Below, piece by piece: positions 27,853 through 36,483 of a stretch of 48,419 nt of DNA. The notes beneath the pieces are model-generated. The model ran no database searches. It saw nothing but the letters and a program-made list of their open reading frames with translations, and had not been told where the DNA came from. Each line of letters begins with the position of its first letter. The stretch's first letter is position 1. Source of the stretch: Patulibacter sp. (lineage in GTDB: Bacteria; Actinomycetota; Thermoleophilia; Solirubrobacterales; Solirubrobacteraceae). The stretch covers positions 1 through 48,419 of the forward strand of contig JADMKN010000242.1 of assembly GCA_015478825.1 (NCBI GenBank). Direction: 5' to 3'. Both the position numbers and the translations under genes were made by a program.

Positions 27853-28015
27853 GCCGAGCGACGATACCCGCCGTGCCCCGGGCGAGCGGCTCGCGCGTCG
27901 GGTTCTGACGAGCAGTTCGCCAGAACCCGACGCAGAGGCCGGAGCATCTCGACCCGCTCACCGCGTCGTCCGATTTCCGCCAGCGAACGGCCCGCGTAGC
28001 TGCAACGGTGTCGGT

Positions 28016-29572
28016 GTGGAACTCGACCCCGAACGGATCTGGAACGCGTTGCGCACGAACGATCCGCGGTTCGACGGCGCGGTCTTCTGCGGGATCACCT
28101 CGACCCGGATCTACTGCCGACCGAGTTGCCCCGCGCGCACGCCGAAGCGCGAGAACGTGCGAATCTTCCCGACCGCCGCAGCGGCGCAGGCCGGAGGTTT
28201 CCGTGCCTGCAAGCGCTGCCGTCCCGACGCGACGCCGGGGTCGCCCGAGTGGGACGGACGGGCCGATCTGGTCGGGCGGGCGATGCGGCTGATCGCGGAC
28301 GGCGCGGTCGACCGCGAGGGCGTACCGGGGCTGGCCCGGCGTCTGGGCTACAGCGAGCGTCACGTGCACCGGCAGCTTCGAGCGGTGGTCGGTGCGGGTC
28401 CGCTGGAGCTGGCCCGGGCGCAGCGGGCGCAGACCGCACGGCTGCTGGTCGAATCGACCGACGTCCCCCTGACCGAGGTCGCGTTCGCCGCCGGGTTCTC
28501 GAGCGTCCGCCAGTTCAACGCGACCGTTCGGGAGGTCTACGCCACGACGCCCAGCGCGCTGCGCGCGCGCCGTAGCCGCGCGGTCGGCGCCGGCGCCGGC
28601 GCCGCGCGGCGCCACGGGCCGGTCGACGGCGCGGTCGCTCCCGCGCGGGAGCCGCTCCGCACGATCGCGCTGCGCCTGCCGTACCGCGCGCCGTGGGACG
28701 CCACCGCGATGATCGGCTACTTGGCCGCGCGTGCCGTGATGGGCATCGAGGCGGTCGACGGTGGTGAGTACCGGCGGAGCCTGCGGCTGCCACACGGGGC
28801 CGGGGTGGTGACCCTGTGGCCGGCCGACGGCCACGTCGCGGCGGAGCTGCGCCTCGCTGATCTGCGGGACCTGCCCGCGGCGGTGCAGCGGGTGCGGGCG
28901 CTGCTCGACCTCGACGCCGATCCGCAGGCGATCGTCGACGCGCTGGGTGGCGATCCGGTGATCGGGCCGCTGGTGCGCGCGGCTCCCGGCCTGCGGGTGC
29001 CCGGTCACGTGGACGCGCACGAGCAGGCGATCCGGGCGGTGCTCGGACAGCAGGTGTCGATTCGCGGCGCCGCGACGCTGGCGGCACGGCTGACCGTCGC
29101 CTACGGCGAGCCGCTCGTCGAGCCGGTCGGCGACGGTCGCGTCACGCACCTCTTCCCGTCGGCCGCGGCGCTCGCCGAGGCCGACCCGGCGACGCTCGGC
29201 ATGCCCCGGTCGCGCGCCGCCGCGGTGGTCGGGCTGGCGTCGGCGCTGGCGTCCGGCGAGCTCCGGCTCGACATCGGCGTGGAGCGGCTCGACACCCGGG
29301 CGCGGCTGCTGGCGCTGCCCGGCATCGGGCCCTGGACCGCGGGCTACGTACAGCTCCGCGCCCTGCGCGACCCGGACGTCTTCCTGGCGAGCGACCTCGT
29401 CGTCCGCCGGGCGCTGGAGCGCCTGGGTCGGGATGCCCGTCCCGCAGCAGCCGAACGGCTGGCCGGACGCTGGCGACCGTACCGCTCGTACGCGACCCAG
29501 CACCTGTGGGCGAGCATGGCGCCGCCCGACGTCCGTACCGGAAGCCGCGAACCACGGAGGACCGCCGCATGA
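28016..29572 (+). CDS. alkA: Ada-AlkA fusion (Ada Zn domain, AraC HTH, AlkA 3-methyladenine glycosylase)
   Basis: DPRFDG..GITSTRIYCRPSCPA, GFRACKRCRPD, FSSVRQFN, LGQQVS, LPGIGPWTA, WRPYRSYA. Confidence 0.93.
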   Translation: MELDPERIWNALRTNDPRFDGAVFCGITSTRIYCRPSCPARTPKRENVRIFPTAAAAQAGGFRACKRCRPDATPGSPEWDGRADLVGRAMRLIADGAVDREGVPGLARRLGYSERHVHRQLRAVVGAGPLELARAQRAQTARLLVESTDVPLTEVAFAAGFSSVRQFNATVREVYATTPSALRARRSRAVGAGAGAARRHGPVDGAVAPAREPLRTIALRLPYRAPWDATAMIGYLAARAVMGIEAVDGGEYRRSLRLPHGAGVVTLWPADGHVAAELRLADLRDLPAAVQRVRALLDLDADPQAIVDALGGDPVIGPLVRAAPGLRVPGHVDAHEQAIRAVLGQQVSIRGAATLAARLTVAYGEPLVEPVGDGRVTHLFPSAAALAEADPATLGMPRSRAAAVVGLASALASGELRLDIGVERLDTRARLLALPGIGPWTAGYVQLRALRDPDVFLASDLVVRRALERLGRDARPAAAERLAGRWRPYRSYATQHLWASMAPPDVRTGSREPRRTAA

Positions 29573-30066
29573 TGCACACGACGATTACGAGCCCGATCGG
29601 CCGGCTGCTGCTGGTCGGGAACGACCGCGTCCTGCGCGGCCTCTACATGCTGGACGGCCCGAAGCCGCTCGCCGTCGACCCGGCGTCGACCGAGAACGCC
29701 GCGGCGTTCTCGGCGGTGATCGCTCAGCTGGAGCAGTTCTTCGCCGGCGAGCGGACCGTCTTCGAGCTCGAGGTCGAGCTCGAGGGCACGCCGTTCCAGC
29801 AGCGGGTCTGGAACGCACTGCGGGAGATCCCGTACGGGCAGACGATCAGCTACGGCGAGCTGGCCCGGCGGATCGATCGACCGTCGGCGGTCCGCGCGGT
29901 CGGGCTGGCGAACGGCCGCAACCCGGTCTCGGTGATCGTGCCCTGCCACCGGGTGATCGGGGCCAACGGGACGCTGACCGGGTACGGCGGAGGGGTCGAG
30001 CGCAAGCGCCTGCTGCTGGACCTCGAGTCCCGGGCCGCGACGCCGCGGTTGCTCGACCTCGGCTGA
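29569..30066 (+). CDS. ogt: Methylated-DNA-protein-cysteine methyltransferase
   Basis: ATGA overlap; GTPFQQRVW, IPYGQTISY, PCHRVIG active site. Confidence 0.95.
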   Translation: MMHTTITSPIGRLLLVGNDRVLRGLYMLDGPKPLAVDPASTENAAAFSAVIAQLEQFFAGERTVFELEVELEGTPFQQRVWNALREIPYGQTISYGELARRIDRPSAVRAVGLANGRNPVSVIVPCHRVIGANGTLTGYGGGVERKRLLLDLESRAATPRLLDLG

Positions 30067-30075
30067 GAGTCGGTT

Positions 30076-30720
30076 CTAGGCCGCGGCGTCGAACGCCGTG
30101 CCGACGCGACGGGCCTCGTCGAGTCCGAAGAACGCGGCGACGCAGACGTGACTGACCGCGGGCAGCGCCGCCGGCAGCTCGTGCAGCCGGCGCTCGACGG
30201 CGTGCCGACGCAGCACTTCGAAGATCCCGCCGGTGACGATCTGGGACACGATCTCGGGCTGCGGCGGGGCGTGGCCCATCGCCGCGAACCCGGGCCCGAG
30301 GAACTCGGCGAAGACGTCGAGCACCCCAGTGTGACGGGAGGCCGCGCGCGGGCTGAGCATCGGCGGGACGAGGATCGACAGCGAGGCCAGGGCCGGGCTG
30401 GCGGCCAACACGCGCAGCAGCACCTCGAGCGAGCGGTGGGCCGCGGCCGCGCAGTCCCCGGGGCTGCTCATGAACGCGCGGGCGACCGCGGCGAAGGTCT
30501 GCTCGGTGCCGGTCTGGAGCGCGTCGATCACGCAGGCCTCCTCCGACGCCCAGTACGCCTCGACCGCCGCCAGCGGCACTCCGCGTCGCTCGGCGACGTC
30601 GGTGAGTCGCACCAGCTCGTAGCCGCGCTCGTAGACCAGCTCGGCGAACGCGAGCAGGAACTCTTCCCGCTCGTCCACCGGGACGAACGTGGATACCGAC
30701 GTCCCACCAACCCTAGACAT
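30076..30720 (-). CDS. TetR-fold protein with degenerate HTH
   Basis: AELVYERGY...DVAER; aligns by eye with unit 3 of the upstream triple TetR. Confidence 0.75.
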   Translation of the reverse strand: MSRVGGTSVSTFVPVDEREEFLLAFAELVYERGYELVRLTDVAERRGVPLAAVEAYWASEEACVIDALQTGTEQTFAAVARAFMSSPGDCAAAAHRSLEVLLRVLAASPALASLSILVPPMLSPRAASRHTGVLDVFAEFLGPGFAAMGHAPPQPEIVSQIVTGGIFEVLRRHAVERRLHELPAALPAVSHVCVAAFFGLDEARRVGTAFDAAA

Positions 30721-30786
30721 CTACGCTCCCTCTCCCCGTTGGCGTTTGAGCCTAGGCAGCGGTGAACGGCACCGTCCACCCCCCGT

Positions 30787-32763
30787 TCAGCGGGCTGACG
30801 GGGCGAGCGCCGCCGCGAACGGCAACTGCGCGACGTCGTTCGCCCGGCGCACGCCGAAGAACGGCGCCAGGCAGAGGTAGCTGATCTCCGGCAGCGCAGC
30901 GGGGAGCTCGGCGATTCGGCGCTCGCGGACGTGACGCCGGAGCACGCCGAAGACGCCGTCGACGACCATCTCCGAGAGCTGCCGGGTCTGCGCCGGGATG
31001 GCGTCGTTGGGACCGGCTACCGGCGAGACGGCGTCGAAGAACAGCGAGGCGTAGCGCGCCCGGCGCGAGACCGCCCGCGGCCCCAGGTGCTCGACCGCCT
31101 CGACGGCGAGATGCAGCATCTCGGGCTCGCTGGCCATTTGGGCGAGCATCGCCCCGAGCGCGCGGTGGACCGCGAGCGCGCCGTCGCGCGGGGCGGAAGC
31201 GAACGCCGCGGCCATCGCGGTGAAGGTCCGGTCGGTCCAGCCGTCCACGGTCTGCAGCGCGCAGGCCGTCTCGTCGTCGAAGTACTCGGTGGCGACGGTC
31301 GGCGCCACGCCGGCGATCCGGGCCGCGGCCTCGAGCGTGGCCGCCGGGAACCCGTCGGTCGCGACCAGTTGCGCATACGCCGCTGCGGTCCGCTGCCCGT
31401 CGTCGGACGGCACGGGCGCGGGAATCACGGTCGGAACGGGAGCGAGCCCCGACGCGTGCAGCGCCTCGGCGTCGCCGGTCGCCGGCGCCAGGATCGCGTA
31501 GACGAGGTGCGGCTCGAGCTGCGGAGCGTCGGTCGCCCGGCCGTCGGCGATCCAGTGGGCGATCAGGCCACCGATCCCGCCGGCGATCGCGTAGGAGACC
31601 AGCTCGGAGACGGGCTCGTCGCCCGGGCGGCCGGCGGCGAACAGGTCGGCGAACGCGGAGTAGGCGTCGTCGACCTTCTCGACCGCCTCGCGACCCGCGG
31701 TCAGGACGTCGCTGACCCCGAAGCGCGCCATCCCGGGCTCGGTGGCGATGAACGCGACCCACGCTCGCACCCCTTCGCGCACGGCGTCGAGCCACGATTC
31801 CTGCTGGGTCGAGGCCCCCCAGGTCCGGGCGAACAGCCGGCCGAACGCGTGGTCGTAGATCGCCTCGAAGGCCTCGTGCTTGGACGCGAAGTGCTGGTAG
31901 AAGGTCCGGATCGAGATCTGGGCCTCGGCGGCGATCCCCGGGATGCTCATCGCGGCGTAGCCGTCGCGCGCAGCCAGCGTGACCACGGCGCGAAGGATCC
32001 GGTCGCGCTGGTGCGGCACGACGAACTGGCGCGGTAGCCGCTGGGTGTTGCGCGGCAGCGGTTCGATCGCGGGGTCGGTCGCGGGAGCCGTGGCGCCGAT
32101 CGGGGCGGGCAGCGGCAGGGGTGCGACGGTCTGGTACTGCGCCGCCCACGCCGCAAGCTCCAGGGCCGCGGCCGGCAGGCTCCTCGTGCGGCCCGTCCGG
32201 ATGCGACGCTGGAACGCCTGCAGGACACCGGCCGCGACGACGATCAGCGACGCCTCCGAGAGCGTGCGCGGAAACGGCAGTTCGGCGAGCGCGTCGGCGA
32301 GCAACCCGCGAAGCTGGGTCACCAGGCCGCGGCGGTACGGCGGGCCCACGGCGCCTGCGCTGAACACGTCGACGAGGATCAACGAGGCGTGGGCGGGGCG
32401 CGACGAGAGCGCCCGCGCGAACGGGACGAGCACGCTGGCGACCGCCGACTCGACGCTGTCGGGCGGGGTGGTCGCCGCCCGCTGGGACGCCCGCACCGCG
32501 GCGATCGCCTCGGCGACGATCGCGTCGCACGTGCTGAGCAGCAGCTCCTGCTTCCCTGGGTACTGCGCGTAGAGGTCTCGTGGTCCCACGTGCGCGTGGG
32601 AGCAGATCTCGCGGATGCTGGTTTCGGGGAATCCGCGCTCGGCCACGAGGGTGACGAGCGCATCCTGAAGACGTTGACGATGCACCCGGCCGCGGTCGTC
32701 CGGGTCGAGGGCGTTGAGTCCCCGCGGCAAGCGCGGCTTGGGGCGTGGCGCGTCGGGGCTCAT
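30787..32763 (-). CDS. Triple TetR-domain fusion regulator
   Basis: Three ~200-aa units: LVAERGFPETSIREIC, LAARDGYAAMSIPGIAAEAQISIRTFYQHF, LVATDGFPAATLEAAAR. Confidence 0.85.
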   Translation of the reverse strand: MSPDAPRPKPRLPRGLNALDPDDRGRVHRQRLQDALVTLVAERGFPETSIREICSHAHVGPRDLYAQYPGKQELLLSTCDAIVAEAIAAVRASQRAATTPPDSVESAVASVLVPFARALSSRPAHASLILVDVFSAGAVGPPYRRGLVTQLRGLLADALAELPFPRTLSEASLIVVAAGVLQAFQRRIRTGRTRSLPAAALELAAWAAQYQTVAPLPLPAPIGATAPATDPAIEPLPRNTQRLPRQFVVPHQRDRILRAVVTLAARDGYAAMSIPGIAAEAQISIRTFYQHFASKHEAFEAIYDHAFGRLFARTWGASTQQESWLDAVREGVRAWVAFIATEPGMARFGVSDVLTAGREAVEKVDDAYSAFADLFAAGRPGDEPVSELVSYAIAGGIGGLIAHWIADGRATDAPQLEPHLVYAILAPATGDAEALHASGLAPVPTVIPAPVPSDDGQRTAAAYAQLVATDGFPAATLEAAARIAGVAPTVATEYFDDETACALQTVDGWTDRTFTAMAAAFASAPRDGALAVHRALGAMLAQMASEPEMLHLAVEAVEHLGPRAVSRRARYASLFFDAVSPVAGPNDAIPAQTRQLSEMVVDGVFGVLRRHVRERRIAELPAALPEISYLCLAPFFGVRRANDVAQLPFAAALAPSAR

Positions 32764-32880
32764 CGGCACTCCAGACCATACGGATGCGTCAAAAGAAACG
32801 CGACGTCTTTTCCGTCGCGGGCCGTCGGGCGGTATTTGGCTTTACCGCAAGATCGAGATCTGCGGACTAGGGTACGGCGC

Positions 32881-34029
32881 GTGCGCCACGAGCCGGAGCG
32901 GCCAGCGACGAGGGGAGCCCGGGGACTGCCGCGGGGTCGAGCGAGCCTGCCGCCCGAGGCGTCGGCCTTCCTCCAGCGGGCCCGGGTCCTGGACGCCACC
33001 GCCCGGATCGTCGCCGCGCGAGGCTACGCGGCGGCGACGGTGGAGGAGATCCTGCGGCGGGCCGGGGTCTCCCGGCGGACCTTCTACGCGTTGTTCGAGA
33101 GCAAGGCCGACGCCGTGCGGTGCGGCTTCGACGCCGCCGTCCGCCTGGGGCTGCCGCAGATCATGGCCGCGATCCGGGCGGAGGGGAAGCCGACGCGGGC
33201 CGTCGGGGCGGCGCTGACGACCTACCTGACGTTGCTCGACTGCGACCGCGACTGGGCGGATCTGTGCGTGATCGGGGTGTCCGAAGCGGGAGGGGCGGCG
33301 GTCCAGCGCCGCGACTCGGCGCTGGCCGCTCTGGTCGACGCGCTCGCCCCCGAGCCGGGGCGGCGGCCGGCCGTGCTCGGGGCGTTGCTGGCGGTCGACA
33401 GCGAGCTGCGGTCGCTGCTGGCCGACCGCGACCGTCCCCTGGTCGGCGCCCGCGATCGGCTGTGGCGGCTGGCGCTCTGCGCCTACGCGGGGGATGGTGG
33501 AACGACCGGGTCGATCGACCGGATCCCGGCGGTCGCGTCGCTGCGCGCGTCCCGGGTCGACGCGGTGATCACCGCGCTCGAGTCAACGGCCGACGGGCGG
33601 TCGGACGAGCTCGCGCGGCTGATCGAACGTGCCGCCCGGACCGGGGACGGGCCGGCGCTCTGGCACGCGGTGCTGGAGTTCCGCGAGCGTCGCACCCACG
33701 GTCTTCCCGCCGACCGCGAGCTCGAGCGTCGCGCGCTGGACGGGCTCGGGCACGCGACGTTCTTCGGGCTGCCGCTGGTCGAGCTCGCCGCGGGTCGGTC
33801 GGGGGCGCTAATGCCGCCGTCGATCCGGGACCGCTGCCTGGCCTACCTCGCGGTGCATCCCGGCAGTACCGCTGGCGATGTCTCGCGGGGCATCGGCGCG
33901 GTCCACCGTTCGACGGTCGACCGGCAGCTCGCCTGGTTGGAGCGAGCCGGCCTGGCTCGCCGGGCGGTGGGGCTCGGTCGTGCGGCGACCTGGCGCGTCA
34001 CGGCCGCGGGCAGGGCCGCGCTGCTCTAA
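32881..34029 (+). CDS. TetR regulator with C-terminal winged-HTH (start uncertain)
   Basis: LPRGR..L, ARGYAAATVEEILRRAGVSRRTFYALF; C-terminal YLAVHPGSTAGDVSRGIG...LERAGL..ATWRVT. Confidence 0.8.
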   Translation: MRHEPERPATRGARGLPRGRASLPPEASAFLQRARVLDATARIVAARGYAAATVEEILRRAGVSRRTFYALFESKADAVRCGFDAAVRLGLPQIMAAIRAEGKPTRAVGAALTTYLTLLDCDRDWADLCVIGVSEAGGAAVQRRDSALAALVDALAPEPGRRPAVLGALLAVDSELRSLLADRDRPLVGARDRLWRLALCAYAGDGGTTGSIDRIPAVASLRASRVDAVITALESTADGRSDELARLIERAARTGDGPALWHAVLEFRERRTHGLPADRELERRALDGLGHATFFGLPLVELAAGRSGALMPPSIRDRCLAYLAVHPGSTAGDVSRGIGAVHRSTVDRQLAWLERAGLARRAVGLGRAATWRVTAAGRAALL

Positions 34030-34053
34030 AAAAGTTCTTCATTTCCTCTCTTT

Positions 34054-34083
34054 TTGCAAATTCTGACAACCGTTCACTATCGT
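34054..34083 (+). promoter_or_regulatory. SigA-type promoter in an AT-rich patch
   Basis: TTGCAA-N18-TATCGT upstream of the 34178 gene. Confidence 0.5.
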
Positions 34084-34177
34084 TCGTCGTCGGGCCCACG
34101 CAAACACCGTGTGCTCCGGAGGGCCACCCGGCCGGCGCGAAAAGGGCCGATCGAACGAGGGAGCGGACGTGGAGCGG

Positions 34178-34882
34178 ATGACGACGGAACGCCGGTCGGC
34201 ACGGCCGTCCGGCGGGGGGACGAGGCGGCGACCGGCGGACTCGCCGGCGGGGCGCCCTCCGGCCGGGATCCTGGGACGAGCGGCCGCGGATCGCGCACGC
34301 TTGCTCGAGGCGATCGGGGCGCTCTCTCGCGAGCGATGCTGGAACACCTTGTCGGTGGCGCGGATCTGTGAGCGGGCGGGGGTGCCCCGGCGCTCGTTCA
34401 ACCTCAGTTTCGGCAGCGTCGAGGAGTGCTACGTCGCCGCCGTCGAAGCGGCCCTGCGGCGGTTGTGGGCGGCGGTCGAACGGGAGCGGGCGGACGCGGC
34501 GGACGAGTGGGCGCACCAGGTCAGCGCCGCGATCGTCGGGTTCCTGCGGTTCATCGACGGCGACCGGTCGACGGCGTGGATGTGCGTCGTCGCCCCCCTC
34601 GGCGGAAGCGCACGTGCCGCCGAGGCTCGCCAGCGGACGATGGACCGGTTCGTCGCGTTGGTCCGCTCGGGCCCGGAGCCGGACGAGCCCCGGGAGCGTC
34701 CGCGGCTCCGTTCCGGCTCCAGCGCGATCGGCGGGCTCTGGGAGCTGGCGCGGCAGTACCTGTCGGATCCCGCCGGCGATCTGCGGATCGACGAGCTGGC
34801 CGGCTCGTCGATCTTCCTGGCGCTGACTCCGTCGCTGCGCCGCGAGGAGGCCATGCGTCACGCGTTCCGGGTCGCCGTCTAG
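34178..34882 (+). CDS. TetR-family regulator
   Basis: RARLLEAI...LSVARICERAGVPRRSFNLSFGSVEECY. Confidence 0.78.
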   Translation: MTTERRSARPSGGGTRRRPADSPAGRPPAGILGRAAADRARLLEAIGALSRERCWNTLSVARICERAGVPRRSFNLSFGSVEECYVAAVEAALRRLWAAVERERADAADEWAHQVSAAIVGFLRFIDGDRSTAWMCVVAPLGGSARAAEARQRTMDRFVALVRSGPEPDEPRERPRLRSGSSAIGGLWELARQYLSDPAGDLRIDELAGSSIFLALTPSLRREEAMRHAFRVAV

Positions 34883-34890
34883 AGCCTGCT

Positions 34891-35397
34891 TCAGGACCCG
34901 AGCATCGGGTAGCTGCCGCGGCTGAAGACCATCGGGTGCTCGCTCTGGGTCACGCCGAGGTCGAGCACCTGGCCGACGACCAGGCTGTGGTCGCCGAGCT
35001 CGATCTCGCGCTCGAGGGCGCAGTCGATCCAGGCCACGACCCCTTCGAGGATCGCCGCGCCGCTGTGGTGCGCGGTGGCGAAGTCGAGTCCCGAGAACTT
35101 GTCCCCGCCTCGCCGGGCGAAGCGCGCGGCCAACTCGTGCTGGCCCTGGGCGAGCACGTTGACGCAGAATCGGCCGGACGCGCGGATCGGTGGCCAGCTC
35201 GTCGACGTCCGGGCGGGGTAGAACCCGACCAGCTGCGGTTCGAGCGAGATCGACGTGAACGATCCGATCGCCATGCCCACGTGCCCGCCGTCGGGCCGCC
35301 GGCCGGTGACCACGACGACGCTCGTCGGCACGTGGGAGAGGACGTGGCGGAACTTCTCCTGATCGCCTTCGAGGGGATCGTTGGGGGGAGCGGTCAT
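34891..35397 (-). CDS. Flavin reductase (HpaC/DIM6 family)
   Basis: FRHVLSHVPTSVVVVT, GSFTSISLEP, FCVNVL, GDHSLVVG. Confidence 0.92.
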   Translation of the reverse strand: MTAPPNDPLEGDQEKFRHVLSHVPTSVVVVTGRRPDGGHVGMAIGSFTSISLEPQLVGFYPARTSTSWPPIRASGRFCVNVLAQGQHELAARFARRGGDKFSGLDFATAHHSGAAILEGVVAWIDCALEREIELGDHSLVVGQVLDLGVTQSEHPMVFSRGSYPMLGS

Positions 35398-35702
35398 GGG
35401 CCTCGGAACGCGGTCGGGGGCGCGTCGATCCACTATACGAGCGCGCCCCGGGCCGGCGCTGCGGGGCCCCGAACGACGTCGCCGCAGGCCGGTCCGCCAT
35501 CACAAAACCCGCCGGACATGGCGGGGAAAGTGGTTGTCTTCCATGGGTACGAACACGCCGTCGGACGGAGTCGGCGGCGCGCCGGATCCCCGATCGGCTC
35601 AACTGTATTGACCAGTTACTAAAGCGACTCGACGTTTCGTCTACAGAGCCGGCGTCCGTGTCTCAAGCAGTACTGGTCCGGGTCACGGGCGCGGTGGCCG
35701 TT

Positions 35703-35766
35703 GAAACACTAAATGTTTCTGTGGTCCTTGACACGATCCGATCCGGGATGGAAATATATTCGATAC
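35703..35766 (+). promoter_or_regulatory. Promoter/operator of the GntR catabolic operon
   Basis: Palindrome GAAACA-N5-TGTTTC (35703-35719); TTGACA (35728); AT-rich AATATATTCGATAC just before ATG 35767. Confidence 0.45.
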
Positions 35767-36483
35767 ATGAACCCCTCTCGCTTCGAAACCAAGGCGGAGT
35801 TGGCACTGCGGGTTCTGCGCGAGCGCATACTCGTCGGCGTCCTGCTGCCGGGCCAGAAGCTCGACATCAACGAGATCGCCGCCGAGTTCGGGATGAGCGC
35901 CACGCCGGTCCGCGAAGCGATGAAGGCGCTCCAAGCGGACCACCTGACCGCCTACACCCCGCACCGCGGAACCGTCGTGGCGGACAACTCCGAGGAGGTC
36001 ACGGCGGAGGTCTTCCGGCTGCGCCTGCTGCTGGAGCCGGCCGCGGCCTCCGCGGCGATCCACCGGATGACGCCGGAGCTGATGGAGCGGCTCGAGCGGC
36101 AGCACGCCGCGCTCGTCGAGGGGCACGACGTCGGCAACGACCTGTTCGCCGATCGGGACGCCGAGTGGCACTGGACGCTCTACGAGGGCGCGGGCTCGGC
36201 GTTCCTGTCCGACTTCATCCGGCGGCTGTGGGACGCGTTCCCGTGGCGCGCGCTGGTCTCGGTCGGCAGTCGCCGCGAGACCGCGGTGCTCGAGCACGGC
36301 GCGATGATGGAGGCGATCCGCGCGAAGGACCCCGACGCGACGATCCGCAAGATGCGGATTCATATCGAGCAGAGCCTGTACAGCCTGCGGCTCTCGCCCG
36401 GACCCGGCAGCGAGGAAGCGGACATCGCGATGGCGGCGTGGTACGGCGGCGAGGACGGGGAGCTGACCGATGACCGCACGTGA
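35767..36483 (+). CDS. GntR/FCD transcriptional regulator
   Basis: LLPGQKL..IAAEFGMSATPVREAMKAL; FCD EH...HI motif. Confidence 0.92.
   Translation: MNPSRFETKAELALRVLRERILVGVLLPGQKLDINEIAAEFGMSATPVREAMKALQADHLTAYTPHRGTVVADNSEEVTAEVFRLRLLLEPAAASAAIHRMTPELMERLERQHAALVEGHDVGNDLFADRDAEWHWTLYEGAGSAFLSDFIRRLWDAFPWRALVSVGSRRETAVLEHGAMMEAIRAKDPDATIRKMRIHIEQSLYSLRLSPGPGSEEADIAMAAWYGGEDGELTDDRT

Noticed and set aside
27968-27990. Possible Ada box (GTCCGATTTCCGCCAGC) upstream of ada-alkA
   Set aside because: The position is plausible, but I cannot match it confidently to an established consensus.
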